This document shows, in pieces, positions 30,776 to 41,109 of a DNA stretch of 64,000 bases. This DNA comes from Obrimoposthia wandeli (taxonomy: Eukaryota). The stretch is from assembly GCA_977020255.1 (NCBI GenBank), contig CDROCS010006891.1, positions 1 to 64,000 of the forward strand, read 5' to 3'. Below the pieces are notes generated by a model, which searched no databases, was not told the DNA's origin, and saw nothing but the letters and a program-made list of their open reading frames with translations. Each line of letters starts with the position of its first letter. Positions within the stretch are counted from its first letter, which is position 1. A program made the position numbers and the translations under genes.

Positions 30776-31402
30776 ATGATTAAAAATAAGCTATCGAGAC
30801 GTTCTTTCATCTCTCGATGTATTACGGTAGTTGGAGGAGGTCTAGGGATCGCAAAGGCCAATGCCGCCACTTCTACACCCCCTGCTACAGAGGGACCGTT
30901 TTACCCCAAACAATCGATGCGTTTTAAAGATGTTGATAATGACCTTGTGAAAATTGACGGTAGAGTAAATGAAGCTGGTGGGGAAATACTTCATTTAAGC
31001 GGTGTTGTATCTGATAATAGTGGGAAACCATACCCAAGGTTACGTATCGAATTGTGGCAATGTGATATGAATGGCAAGTATCTTCACACTGGAGATGGTC
31101 GCAATGTTAGCTATGACAATGGTTTTCAAGGCTTTGGCCACGATATAACAAATGAGTCTGGGGCTTATCGATTTAGGACCATTGTCCCCACAATATATCC
31201 AGGTAGGACTCCTCATATACACGTTAAAATTTTGCAAGGGGGAGAAGCGCTTCTTACTACTCAATTCTATATTAAAGATCACTCGGGTAATATATCAGAT
31301 AGCCTTTTTAGGAAGATGTCCCCAGAGAAATCGTCATTGGTTTCAATGAATATCACCAGCGGGAACAAAGGCTTGGAAGCGATAGTGAATGTCATTATTT
31401 AA
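30776..31402 (+). CDS. Intradiol ring-cleavage dioxygenase (PcaH-like) with a Tat signal peptide
   Basis: SRRSFI twin-Arg motif, TEGPFYP, IELWQCDMNGKY, FRTIVPTIYPGRTPHIHVKI. Confidence 0.87.
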   Translation: MIKNKLSRRSFISRCITVVGGGLGIAKANAATSTPPATEGPFYPKQSMRFKDVDNDLVKIDGRVNEAGGEILHLSGVVSDNSGKPYPRLRIELWQCDMNGKYLHTGDGRNVSYDNGFQGFGHDITNESGAYRFRTIVPTIYPGRTPHIHVKILQGGEALLTTQFYIKDHSGNISDSLFRKMSPEKSSLVSMNITSGNKGLEAIVNVII

Positions 31403-31463
31403 GAGTACAGCACAATTAAACATTGAATTTTGAAGCTCTATTGTTTTGACTATTTTGATTTTA

Positions 31464-32288
31464 TCAAGCAAACATTGCAGCTATTATGGCTTCAGGTGCA
31501 TCTTCTTGCATTAAATGACCTGAATTGAGAACAGTAGTTAGTTTTCCGTTGGTCAGTAAGTTAGCAAGCCTTCTACCTTGTTCGATTGGTATCCATTCAT
31601 CTTTTTCTCCCCATAGTATATGCACAGGGTTTTCCATTGGAGCATACTTCTGTTGTATTTGATCTGTATACTTTTGATCCATTTGAGCAATTTGACGATA
31701 GAAAGCAGCCTGGCCTGTGTTTCCTTGCCAAGGCTTCATATAAATTTGCATCGCTTCCTCACTAAGAGATGAGTTTGCAGAACTCTGCAAATACACACGC
31801 AGTAATGCATCATGAGCATATTCAGGTAGGCCTGAAAACGCTTTTTGATATTCTTTAACGTGAGAGACAAATGGCGAACCCCAAGGAGCTAATGCGACAG
31901 GATCAATTATCGTTAATTTAGAGAAACGCACCCCATTTAAATAATAAGCACGAAGTGCAGTAGCACCGCCAAAGTCGTGGCAAAGAATCTCAGGTTTTTG
32001 GAGTGCCCATTCTTTAAGTAAAGCAGCAAACATATTATTTTGTACATCGAGAGAAACGTCCTGTAGCTCCTTCATTTCAGATAGACCATACCCAAGTAAA
32101 TCAAAGTAATAGACCTTCCAATGTTTTGATAGCAATGGTGCAATTTTTCGCCATACTTGAGAAGAAAAGGGTGTCCCATGAATCAACACGAGTGGGTTTC
32201 CCTCTCCCATACTTCCCCAGGCAACAGTTTGGCCTTCAAAATTAAATTTATTTGGTAAAGTCAGCATAAATCCTCCATAAGTAACCAT
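31464..32288 (-). CDS. Alpha/beta fold hydrolase
   Basis: LIHGTPFSS, DLLGYGLS, CHDFGG, WGEKDEWIP, GHLMQED. Confidence 0.9.
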   Translation of the reverse strand: MVTYGGFMLTLPNKFNFEGQTVAWGSMGEGNPLVLIHGTPFSSQVWRKIAPLLSKHWKVYYFDLLGYGLSEMKELQDVSLDVQNNMFAALLKEWALQKPEILCHDFGGATALRAYYLNGVRFSKLTIIDPVALAPWGSPFVSHVKEYQKAFSGLPEYAHDALLRVYLQSSANSSLSEEAMQIYMKPWQGNTGQAAFYRQIAQMDQKYTDQIQQKYAPMENPVHILWGEKDEWIPIEQGRRLANLLTNGKLTTVLNSGHLMQEDAPEAIIAAMFA

Positions 32289-32362
32289 TAAATTTCATTT
32301 ATAGGATACAATATACAAGCATAGAAAAAACTGTTAATTTAAAATAATAGGTTACTTTTAAG

Positions 32363-32944
32363 ATGTTAGATAATTATTTATTGATCGGTGGGCATCCAAC
32401 GCTTGATTTCATTAATACGGTGGATAACCAAGACAAGCATAGGACGATGAATAGCATTGCTAGCTGGTCAAACTTTATAAACTGGTGTCAAGCATCGTCA
32501 ATGTTCAATAGTGAGCAATTGTTTGTTTTGAAAAATAATGTTTCAAGGTCTGAAGGTGCCACCTTATTGATTGAAATTCTTGAAATTAGAGAGCTTTTTT
32601 TTCATGCTTTGAAATCTTTGATGAACGAAAATATATCTCAAAATTGGTCTATGGAAAAATTAGAGACTCTTATAAAAAAAGCGATAAATAATTCATCGCT
32701 AATAAAGAGAGAAGGAAGAGTAGAGTGGGTAACAAATACAAATACCTCAGATTGGATTGTCGATTTACTGATTTTGTCTATGGAAAATTTGTTGTGTCAC
32801 GAAGACCTTACCAGGCTTCGTCAATGTAAACGTTGTACATGGTTGTTTCTAAATAGTGGCAGAGGAAGAGGACGTCAATGGTGTAGTATGAAGACCTGTG
32901 GTAACAGAGCAAAATCTGCAGCTTTTCGAGATAAAAATCATTGA
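32363..32944 (+). CDS. ABATE/CGNR zinc-finger domain protein (probable regulator)
   Basis: LDFINT N-terminus; CKRCTWLF...WCSMKTCGNRAK. Confidence 0.9.
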   Translation: MLDNYLLIGGHPTLDFINTVDNQDKHRTMNSIASWSNFINWCQASSMFNSEQLFVLKNNVSRSEGATLLIEILEIRELFFHALKSLMNENISQNWSMEKLETLIKKAINNSSLIKREGRVEWVTNTNTSDWIVDLLILSMENLLCHEDLTRLRQCKRCTWLFLNSGRGRGRQWCSMKTCGNRAKSAAFRDKNH

Positions 32945-33268
32945 GTTGATTGACTACTAACAATAATAATTTTTTAAACTATCGGTTTTTTACTTCCTAG
33001 TAGGTAAACTTTATTGTTATAGAAGATTGATAAAGGCGAAATTCAGTTAAGACATTTGCAGAGTACTAAAAGCTTGAGGGTTTTATTTCTCTAGAGAGAA
33101 ACACTATTGTCCTTTTGCTATTTTAACGGGCAAACTTAGCCTTGATGAAAAATTTTATTACATTTACCCGTACATTTACCCGCACATAAGGCACCCCCAT
33201 GATAAAGCCATTACCTCTAAATCCGAGACCCCTCTGCAAGTGTAGCGACGCTTGACGATCTATCAACC

Positions 33269-34948
33269 TTGGCTGATTACTCGCTGATGGATACACTCAA
33301 TTGTGATCCAGATGCGAACAAAAAAGGAGCCGAACACTCACCGCGACAAGTTTTTAGTGGGCACTATGTCCCAGTCACTCCCACACCTATTCAGAATCCA
33401 GAGTACGTGGCTCACAGTAAAAGCTTTTTCCAGGAGCTTGGCTTCGCTGACAGCCTGGCACAGTCCGCTGATTTTGTGCGGATGTTTTCTGGCGATTTAG
33501 CTCAGCTACCTGCGCCGTTGCGCACCATGGGCTGGGCGAGTGGCTATGCACTTTCAATCTATGGTAATGAATATTACCAACAGTGCCCATTTGGCACTGG
33601 CAACGGTTACGGAGATGGCCGCGCTCTTTCGGTCTTTGAAGCGGTTATCAAGGGGCAGCGCTGGGAAATGCAGTTAAAAGGGGCTGGCCGCACACCTTAT
33701 TGTCGTGGTGCAGATGGCCGTGCCGTTTTGCGTTCTAGTATCCGAGAGTTTTTGGCGCAAGAACATATGCAAGCGCTGGGAGTACCTACAACTCGCTCGC
33801 TGAGTTTGTATGTTTCCAAAACGGAAAAGGTTGACAGACAGTGGTACTCAGAGGGCACGCGCTCGATGAATCCAGATAAGTATATCTCTGAGCCCGTTGC
33901 TATCTCGACACGTGTTGCACCCTCATTCATAAGGGTTGGTCAATTGGAACTCTTTGGGCGCCGTGCTCGCAAAGAAGAGCATCCCAAAGCGATGGATGAG
34001 CTTGAGATGCTGGTGTTGCACTTAATTGATCGCGAGTACGCTGACGTTATCGACAACAGGTTAGAGATTGCCGAGAAGGTACTGCTACTAGCACGGGAGT
34101 TTCGCAGCCGATTGAGTTCGCTGGTGGTGAATTGGCTTCGTGTAGGTTATTGCCAAGGTAACTTCAACAGTGATAACTGCGCCGCGGGAGGCTTTACACT
34201 CGATTACGGTCCTTTTGGTTTTTGTGAACTATTCAGCCCGCAATATCAGCCCTGGACCGGTGGTGGGTTACACTTTTCATTTTTTAACCAACCCTTGGCA
34301 GCGGAACGTAATTTCCAGATGTTTTGCAGCGCGCTAAAGCCGCTGCTTACTTCTTGTAAAGATGCCTCACATAAAGAGGCTCTGCAACAGTTAGATGAGA
34401 TTCAAGCTGGCTTTGCCCAAACTTTACAACTGCAAAAAGAAGAGATGTGGGCGAGCAAGCTGGGCCTTGACAGTTTTGATGGGGTGCTATTTAGTGAATT
34501 GGAAACACTCATGCTAGAAACGGCAGTGGACTACACTATTTTCTTTCGTGAACTCTCAAGTGTCCCTGAAGGTATTGAACCACTCAAAAAGAGTTTCTAT
34601 AGAGGACCTAGTTATAGAGCGGATCCAAATGCAATGGATCAGCGTTGGTCGAAGTGGCTCACAAAATGGAGATCGCTGATCGAGGAAAATGCTCAGCCTT
34701 ACCACAAAGAGGCTCTGTCTACGCAGATGAAGTTAGTCAACCCAAAATATAGTTGGCGGGAGTGGTTTGTGGTACCTGCCTATCAGCAAGCGAACAGCGG
34801 TAACTATGAACTAGTGCGAGAGCTACAAGAAGTATTGACGCAGCCATACGCTGAGCAGTCACAGGAGGTAGAGGATAAATACTATCGACTGAAACCGTTT
34901 GAGTTTTTTGAAGTAGGTGGTTTTTCGCATTACAGCTGTTCATCGTGA
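33269..34948 (+). CDS. selO: SelO/YdiU-family protein adenylyltransferase; start uncertain
   Basis: [49 protein letters not shown]-terminal SCSS. Confidence 0.92.
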   Translation: MADYSLMDTLNCDPDANKKGAEHSPRQVFSGHYVPVTPTPIQNPEYVAHSKSFFQELGFADSLAQSADFVRMFSGDLAQLPAPLRTMGWASGYALSIYGNEYYQQCPFGTGNGYGDGRALSVFEAVIKGQRWEMQLKGAGRTPYCRGADGRAVLRSSIREFLAQEHMQALGVPTTRSLSLYVSKTEKVDRQWYSEGTRSMNPDKYISEPVAISTRVAPSFIRVGQLELFGRRARKEEHPKAMDELEMLVLHLIDREYADVIDNRLEIAEKVLLLAREFRSRLSSLVVNWLRVGYCQGNFNSDNCAAGGFTLDYGPFGFCELFSPQYQPWTGGGLHFSFFNQPLAAERNFQMFCSALKPLLTSCKDASHKEALQQLDEIQAGFAQTLQLQKEEMWASKLGLDSFDGVLFSELETLMLETAVDYTIFFRELSSVPEGIEPLKKSFYRGPSYRADPNAMDQRWSKWLTKWRSLIEENAQPYHKEALSTQMKLVNPKYSWREWFVVPAYQQANSGNYELVRELQEVLTQPYAEQSQEVEDKYYRLKPFEFFEVGGFSHYSCSS

Positions 34949-35309
34949 TTTTTTGAACATTATAATCTAACAGTTGCTATGTGAATAGCTTCGTTTTAAT
35001 AATACATCGAGGCCTTTGCATGATGTATCAGCGAACGCAGTAATCGTGTAAACCTCTTATATTAGAGTGTTACTTTGACTTATAAAGCCTAAGTATACAA
35101 AAGAATTAATCGATGCAATCGAAGCAGCACTACAACCCTTCGAATTTTGATCATCGTGTAAGGTGCGGGGCACATCTTTCTTTTACCTCTTGCTCAAATA
35201 ATAGAAGAAAAACCTAAGTTATTTATACAAATTATCTTTCCTTACGGGCGAACTCCATTGTAATTTTGGCACCTTCAAAGCCAAATTCTATCGTCACAGA
35301 ACAATAATT

Positions 35310-35580
35310 AAGTATCCCTGGCTTGGTTTAACATCGCAACAATATGCGTCAGGAAGCACTTCTTGTATGGGAAGCGTAACCACGCTACTTCAGTAAGCAA
35401 CCGACACACCGTGCTAGAACAACTGTTTGTGATGCTGAAAATAAAAAGGCAATTTAAATCAATGGTATAAAACCATTATGGGGAAGAAAAGATTTATTAA
35501 AGCAGTTGTTACAATGGCGCAACGCCTAGCAAAATTTATTGGCATATTACTTCAGCGCCAAGAAGAATAAAGACCTCTGA
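35310..35580 (+). mobile_element. IS110-family transposase relic (C-terminal part)
   Basis: WLGLTSQQYASGSTSCMGSVT, then out-of-frame RYFSKQPTHRART and KAVVTMAQRLAKFI, matching the IS110 WLGLTP.QYASG....G.ITKRG..YLR..LIHGAR..KA.VA.A.KLARI pattern. Confidence 0.65.
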
Positions 35581-36053
35581 ATGCATCTCTATTACTAGGC
35601 ATTGCTCGATATGAAAAGCTTCGTTTTGTTACCCATATTTTGCGTAAATCTGGATGGGGCAAAAGCATAAAGCATGAGTGGGTGTTGTGGATGGAAACGT
35701 TCTGGGTAACTCTTTACGACTACCGACTAAAGCTAGTGAAATATTGATGAATAGAGGTTTAGCCTACTTAGTTAAAACTAGCTGAGGGCAGGATTAATTA
35801 ATCCACACGGGTGTTAACGGTTATTAGTTACGGAGCTCATTAGAGGCTAGGAATTATTAAGCTATTCTTGGAAATAAAGCCTGAAAATAGGTCAGTACTG
35901 CTAACTTTTAGATCCAAATCATTTAATACTTATCTGCTTAAAATGAGCAAGTGAATTATTATGCTTACCGCTAGAATGACAAAAAAGTTAGACTATTAGC
36001 TTAGCATCAAAGGGGTGTCCGTATATGTCCCACTTAATAATTAAAATATTACT

Positions 36054-36100
36054 TTCAACTTCAACTTCAACTTCAACTTCAACTTCAACTTCAACTTCAA
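36054..36100. repeat. Hexanucleotide microsatellite (TTCAAC)x7.8
   Basis: Perfect tandem array read directly from the sequence. Confidence 0.97.
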
Positions 36101-36162
36101 TCTATAGTACACATCCTCATTTGTGTCTAAAAATTATATTGCAGGAAAGTATTGCGTAAAAT

Positions 36163-36181
36163 AATGTTATATTATAACATT
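36163..36181. promoter_or_regulatory. Zur box
   Basis: Perfect 9-1-9 inverted repeat AATGTTATA-T-TATAACATT upstream of a Zn ABC operon. Confidence 0.88.
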
Positions 36182-36310
36182 ACATTTGATGTATTTAAGG
36201 ATTGATAGTTCATGTACTTTTTTTATCTTTGCATAACTAAAAGGGTGGTTATAACCATCTCTTTTTTAGTTTTACTTCTGTTTATATTATTAGAATTGGT
36301 TTAAATCGAG

Positions 36311-37006
36311 ATGATTGAATTAAATAAAGTCAGCCTAAATAGATCCGAACGGCGCTTATTAAGCCACTGTCAGCTAAGTATTAAACGCGGTGGTTTTTAT
36401 GCCTTGACGGGTGATAATGGCAGTGGCAAAAGCACATTACTCCAAGCTATTATTGGTGACTTTCCTATTGCTTCAGGACACATCGTTCGACGTTTCAAAC
36501 AAGGGGAATATTCATATCTGCCGCAAACAAAGACACTTGATATACAGTTTCCCATCAGTGTTGAACAAGCGGTTATGGCTGGGCTTTGGCTGCACTTCGG
36601 TGCTTTTAAAAATGTAAAGAACAGTCATTTTTATCAAATTGATGAGGCCTTAGAAAAGGTCGGTATTGCACACTTAAGAACATCTTCAGTAAACCAATTG
36701 TCCGGTGGTGAGCTTCAAAGAGTGCTCTTTGCAAGGATGTTGGTGCAAAAAGCACCACTATTATTGTTGGATGAGCCTTTGGCAGCGATCGATCAAAATG
36801 CACAAAATATGTTGCTAGAAATACTTAACGCAAAGCATCAACAAGGTGCAACCATCATTATTACCTTACATGATGCTGGATTAGTTAAACAATATGCAAC
36901 AGATCAATTACATATTCGCGAGCAGAAAATACACTTATGTAATGCTGCATATGAACATTCGCTTTCGTGTTGCACACTGCCATTATCTATGGTGACAGAA
37001 TGCTGA
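36311..37006 (+). CDS. Zn/Mn ABC transporter ATP-binding subunit (ZnuC/AztA type)
   Basis: GDNGSGKST, YLPQ, LSGGELQR, LLDEP. Confidence 0.9.
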   Translation: MIELNKVSLNRSERRLLSHCQLSIKRGGFYALTGDNGSGKSTLLQAIIGDFPIASGHIVRRFKQGEYSYLPQTKTLDIQFPISVEQAVMAGLWLHFGAFKNVKNSHFYQIDEALEKVGIAHLRTSSVNQLSGGELQRVLFARMLVQKAPLLLLDEPLAAIDQNAQNMLLEILNAKHQQGATIIITLHDAGLVKQYATDQLHIREQKIHLCNAAYEHSLSCCTLPLSMVTEC

Positions 37007-37881
37007 TAGATATTATTATCTCTCCTTTTGCTGAATTTGAATTCATGCAACGGGCACTTTTTGGCTGTTTTTTGTTAAGCCTTAACGGTAGTTTGATAGG
37101 TGTTTTTTTATTGCTTAAACGAATGAGTTTAAGCGGTGATGCAATGGCGCATGCTATTTTGCCCGGAGCAGCAGTAGGTTATTTTGTGGCGGGATTAAAT
37201 GTACTTGCTATGACTATCGGCGGTTTGTTCGCAGGGTTATTAGTCGCTTTTCTGTCAGGATTCACCGCAAGAAAAACTAAGAGTAATGAAGAGAGTACTT
37301 TAGCGGCTTATTATTTGTGTTCTCTTGCGTTGGGCGTATTGATTATCTCAATGAAGGGAGGCAGCGTTGACCTACTGCATGTCCTTTTTGGTTCAATTCT
37401 AGCTCTTAATAACGACACATTGTACTTATTATATTTCAATACGGTTGTATGTTTATTAGGCTTTTGCTGTTTTTATAGGCTATTAGTCATGGATTGTAGT
37501 GACAGCGAATTTTTCAAAAGCATGAGCAAGTTTGGAGGTTATAGTCATTATATATTTTTATTATTGTTAATTATTAATTTGGTGACAGGCTTTCATGCAC
37601 TAGGGACTTTGATGGCAGTGGGCATGACCGTTCTCCCTGCTGCCACAGCACGTTATTGGAGTAATCGTATTGAATTAATGGTGTTGATCTCTTTCGTTTT
37701 GGGTTTCTTCGCTTCGATTTTGGGCTTACTTTGTTCTTACTATTTGCGTATGCCTAGCAGCTCTGCAATTGTCCTATGGCTAGGTATATTCTTTTTACTC
37801 TCCGTTTTAATTGGCCAAAATGGCGGCGTGTTCCGCAAGGTTGGCTTTTACAGTAAAAATAATCTAATAAAGGAAGTTTGA
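37000..37881 (+). CDS. Zn/Mn ABC permease (ZnuB/AztB type); ATG at 37000 overlaps the upstream stop
   Basis: FMQRAL, GDAMAHAILPG, DLLHVLFGSIL, LPAATAR. Confidence 0.9.
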   Translation: MLIDIIISPFAEFEFMQRALFGCFLLSLNGSLIGVFLLLKRMSLSGDAMAHAILPGAAVGYFVAGLNVLAMTIGGLFAGLLVAFLSGFTARKTKSNEESTLAAYYLCSLALGVLIISMKGGSVDLLHVLFGSILALNNDTLYLLYFNTVVCLLGFCCFYRLLVMDCSDSEFFKSMSKFGGYSHYIFLLLLIINLVTGFHALGTLMAVGMTVLPAATARYWSNRIELMVLISFVLGFFASILGLLCSYYLRMPSSSAIVLWLGIFFLLSVLIGQNGGVFRKVGFYSKNNLIKEV

Positions 37882-38831
37882 TGAAGGTTCACAGTAAATT
37901 GATCTGTTTGATTTTATTATCGATTTTATCTCAAGTATCCATTGCGGTAGAAAAGCTCCATGTAGTGGCTAGCTTTAGTATTTTGGGGGACATTACGCAA
38001 CAATTAGGGGGAGATAGAATAGAGTTAACCACACTTGTTGGGCCCAATAAAGATAGTCATGCCTATAAACCGACGCCTTATGATGCTCAGAAACTAGCCG
38101 TTGCAGATATTCTTGTAATTAATGGACTTTCTTTCGAAGGTTGGATATCTCGTTTAGAGGAAGCTTCAGGGTTCAAAGGCAAGCGGGTTATTGCCAGTGA
38201 TGGTGCAGATATAATTACGCATGAAGAACATGAAGAACATGAAGAACATGAAGAACATGATAGCGCTCATCAAGAAGAGACGACTCAGGACGAACATGAT
38301 CATGGAGATAAAGACCCTCATGCTTGGCACAGTTTAGCGAATATTCGTATCTATGTTAGTAATATCAGTGAGGCTCTGGTAGCAGTGGATCCTAACTATC
38401 GGTCGTATTATGCAGAAAACAAGCTGCGTTACCTTACACAAATAGATGCACTACAAAAACGTTTAGACCTTAAAGTGAGTTCATTACCTGTTAGTGCACG
38501 CCAAGTTATAACATCCCATGATGCCTTTGGTTATGTCGCTAGAGAGTATGGCTTTAGTTTTTATGCTCCCATTGGCCTTAGTACACAAGCGCAAGCTTCG
38601 GCAGCAGATGTGGCAAAATTAATAAGGCAAGTGAAGCAGCATAATATAAAAGCGTTGTTCGTTGAAAATGTTTCAGATGAACGTTTAATTAAACAAATTG
38701 GTCGTGAAAGCAACGCCAAAATAGGCGGTAAACTCTATTCTGATGCGTTATCAAATCATGGTGATCAAGCTAGCACATACTTGAAAATGATGGAACATAA
38801 TATAGATACACTCGTTAATGCATTACGTTAA
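37878..38831 (+). CDS. Zn ABC substrate-binding protein (ZnuA/AztC, cluster A-I) with His-rich loop
   Basis: ASFSILGD, DSHAY, DPHAW, SHDAFGY, LYSDAL. Confidence 0.92.
   Translation: MMKVHSKLICLILLSILSQVSIAVEKLHVVASFSILGDITQQLGGDRIELTTLVGPNKDSHAYKPTPYDAQKLAVADILVINGLSFEGWISRLEEASGFKGKRVIASDGADIITHEEHEEHEEHEEHDSAHQEETTQDEHDHGDKDPHAWHSLANIRIYVSNISEALVAVDPNYRSYYAENKLRYLTQIDALQKRLDLKVSSLPVSARQVITSHDAFGYVAREYGFSFYAPIGLSTQAQASAADVAKLIRQVKQHNIKALFVENVSDERLIKQIGRESNAKIGGKLYSDALSNHGDQASTYLKMMEHNIDTLVNALR
38220..38260 (+). repeat. Coding 9-bp tandem repeat (CATGAAGAA)x4.5 encoding (HEE)n
   Basis: Read directly; forms the His/Glu-rich loop of the Zn-binding protein. Confidence 0.95.
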
Positions 38832-39468
38832 ATTACTGGTGAAAAAAGCTGTGTTGTGCACAGCTTTAATGTGCGCAACACAGCTCGCTAGTCATCCTCA
38901 CAATTGGATTGATTTATCCACTGAGTTTAGTATCAGTGACCAAGGGCTTTTGACAGGTTTTAGCCAGCAATGGCAGTTCGACCAATTTTTTTCAATGATA
39001 AGTTATGCAGACTTGATGAATGAATATAATGATGAGTCAATCGGTTTAGCGAGTACTGCTATGAAGATGGTAGCAAATGTTGGGCCCGATCAGTACCTTT
39101 CAAAATTGAAAGTGGCAGGGGTCAATGTTGCGCTACCTGTCCCTACGCTATACAGCCTTGAAACGAAAGAAGTTAATGGCATCCCGATTCTGATCTTGAA
39201 AATGAAATTCGTTTTGAAGGATCAACCTTTGGTCAAGAATAAGACGTTTACTTTGAAAACTTACGAACCTACTTTTTTTATTGCAATGAACTACCCAAGT
39301 ACTGCAAGTATTAGCATCACTGGTAATCACAATGATTGTAAAGCGCAATTAATCCAAGCCAAACCTAGTGAGGAAAGGCGCTCGTATGCAACTGGTTTGG
39401 ATAGAAATATGCGTGATACAGATGGTTTAGGTGATGACTTCGCCGAACAAATAAACGTTCAATGTTAA
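38818..39468 (+). CDS. DUF1007 family periplasmic protein (ZevA-like)
   Basis: Signal peptide followed by HPHNWID; WQFDQFFS; YEPTFF. Confidence 0.85.
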   Translation: MHYVKLLVKKAVLCTALMCATQLASHPHNWIDLSTEFSISDQGLLTGFSQQWQFDQFFSMISYADLMNEYNDESIGLASTAMKMVANVGPDQYLSKLKVAGVNVALPVPTLYSLETKEVNGIPILILKMKFVLKDQPLVKNKTFTLKTYEPTFFIAMNYPSTASISITGNHNDCKAQLIQAKPSEERRSYATGLDRNMRDTDGLGDDFAEQINVQC

Positions 39469-39477
39469 AGGTGAATT

Positions 39478-40380
39478 TTGAAGAAATATAAGCTCTATTT
39501 TCTGTTTATACTGCTAGTTAGTCTATCCTTTATATTGCTCTATGATAGTGGTACATGGAATGCGTTAGTGAATTTCATCGTCAGAACTCAGTTGCAGTTT
39601 CATAAACTGTTGAATGCGCAAATTTTGTTAATAGCACAAACACCTAATGTATATGGGTTGAGTCTCATTGGCATCAGTTTTACTTACGGAGTGTTTCATG
39701 CACTAGGGCCAGGTCATGGTAAATTAATAATAGTTAGCTATTTGGCAAGCAACCCGCAAAGCAAAAAGAATAGCTGTTTACTTGCCTTAGCGGCCGCTTT
39801 TTTACAAGCGTTATCGGCAATATTGCTAGTCACAATTTTGAGCCTAATACTAAAATATAAGTTTATACAGCTTGAAATTAGCGCAAACCAACTCAGCTTA
39901 ATAGGGTATGGTTTATTGTTATGTCTGGGTTCATTCATAGCGATGAGGAGCATAATAGGCCTACGTAAGTTTACAGCGGGGAATATTGGATGCAGTAGTT
40001 GTTGTAGTAACGTAAAAGTTGATACGAAAGCAAAGAGTGTCTATCAACTTTTTTTGATCGCGCTCGCTATCGGTATTAGACCTTGTTCCGGTGCACTGAT
40101 CATATTAGTGACTTCTTCAATGTTAGGTATTTATAATTACGGGATATTGGGCACCTTAGCTATGGGTTTGGGTACCGCCGTGTGTACTTGTGTCATTGCA
40201 CTGGCAAGTTTGTATGCCCGAAATTTTCTCAATCAACTGGTTACAGTCTACACCAAAGGTCATGAACAAAAACCTTACGCCATGTATATCCAGTTCGTGG
40301 GTAGCGTTGTAATTATTTGCTTAGCACTGTCCTTAATCAATGCTAATAATCTATTGATCAATCCATTATTGACTCGCTAG
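39478..40380 (+). CDS. NicO/RcnA-family metal transporter (ZevB-like)
   Basis: SFTYGVFHALGPGHGK, GIRPCSGA, AMGLGTA. Confidence 0.88.
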   Translation: MKKYKLYFLFILLVSLSFILLYDSGTWNALVNFIVRTQLQFHKLLNAQILLIAQTPNVYGLSLIGISFTYGVFHALGPGHGKLIIVSYLASNPQSKKNSCLLALAAAFLQALSAILLVTILSLILKYKFIQLEISANQLSLIGYGLLLCLGSFIAMRSIIGLRKFTAGNIGCSSCCSNVKVDTKAKSVYQLFLIALAIGIRPCSGALIILVTSSMLGIYNYGILGTLAMGLGTAVCTCVIALASLYARNFLNQLVTVYTKGHEQKPYAMYIQFVGSVVIICLALSLINANNLLINPLLTR

Positions 40381-40457
40381 AAGGGCGGTCATCGCTTAAA
40401 AAAATGCAATTGGAGTTGTTTGAAGCACATGGATGTTAGGCAGCCAACAAGAAATAA

Positions 40458-40476
40458 AATGTTATGTTATATCGTA
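40458..40476. promoter_or_regulatory. Probable Zur box upstream of the Zn-free ribosomal paralogues
   Basis: AATGTTATG-T-TATATCGTA, a degenerate copy of the 36163 box. Confidence 0.6.
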
Positions 40477-40530
40477 TTAAAAATTTAGAACTATTTTGTT
40501 TATAAAACTAAGCTTGAGGATGAGCGCAAT

Positions 40531-40785
40531 ATGAAAAAAAATATTCACCCTGTATCTCGTGAAGTTGTCTTTCATGATACGAATGTCGATAAGAAAATGA
40601 TTATTAAGTCGACCCTAAAAACCAATAGAACCATTCTTTTAGATGGTAAGGAGTACCCGTATATGTCGTTAGATGTGTCATCATTTTCGCATCCGTTTTA
40701 TACCGGTAAACAGATGGTGTCAAGCAGCGAAGGGCGCGTAGCAAACTTTAATCGTAAATTTTCTAATTTTAAAGGGACATCATAG
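40531..40785 (+). CDS. rpmE2: 50S ribosomal protein L31 type B (Zn-independent)
   Basis: MKKNIHP...VVFHD...[14 protein letters not shown]...[10 protein letters not shown]; no CxxC. Confidence 0.95.
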   Translation: MKKNIHPVSREVVFHDTNVDKKMIIKSTLKTNRTILLDGKEYPYMSLDVSSFSHPFYTGKQMVSSSEGRVANFNRKFSNFKGTS

Positions 40786-40910
40786 TGAAAGTGCTCAGTT
40801 CTTTGAAAAGCGCTAAAAAAAGGCACAAAGATTGCAAGATTGTAAAGCGTAGAGGGCGCACATTTGTTATTTGCAAGTCAAACCCAAGGTTTAAAGCAGT
40901 ACAAAAATAA
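40785..40910 (+). CDS. rpmJ2: 50S ribosomal protein L36 type B (YkgO); missing from the ORF track
   Basis: GTG overlapping the rpmE2 TAG: [41 protein letters not shown] (41 aa). Confidence 0.93.
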   Translation: MKVLSSLKSAKKRHKDCKIVKRRGRTFVICKSNPRFKAVQK

Positions 40911-41109
40911 ACAAGGGAGTACAGATAACTCAAAATAGCTCACTGCTCTAAGCTGTCGTTAGAAAAGCAGGGCAGGTGAGCATAAATGTAGCTGGTCGCG
41001 CAAAGCGAATCAGTGATATTTTAATATTCGTTTATATAATAAATTCAACGGCTTATTTGATGAACCAATGAAGCCGTTAATCGCTAGAATAGTGTTCTAT
41101 ATTGTCAAC

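Noticed and set aside
34930-34948. Selenocysteine readthrough at the selO TGA
   Set aside because: The protein already ends in the Cys-type SCSS terminus typical of bacterial YdiU, and no SECIS-like hairpin is evident after the stop
36054-36100. Tandem repeat as a CRISPR array
   Set aside because: 6-bp perfect microsatellite with no spacers and no cas genes
41014-41030. Fourth Zur box upstream of the COG0523 gene (GTGATATTTTAATATTC)
   Set aside because: Too many mismatches to the palindrome seen at 36163, in very AT-rich DNA
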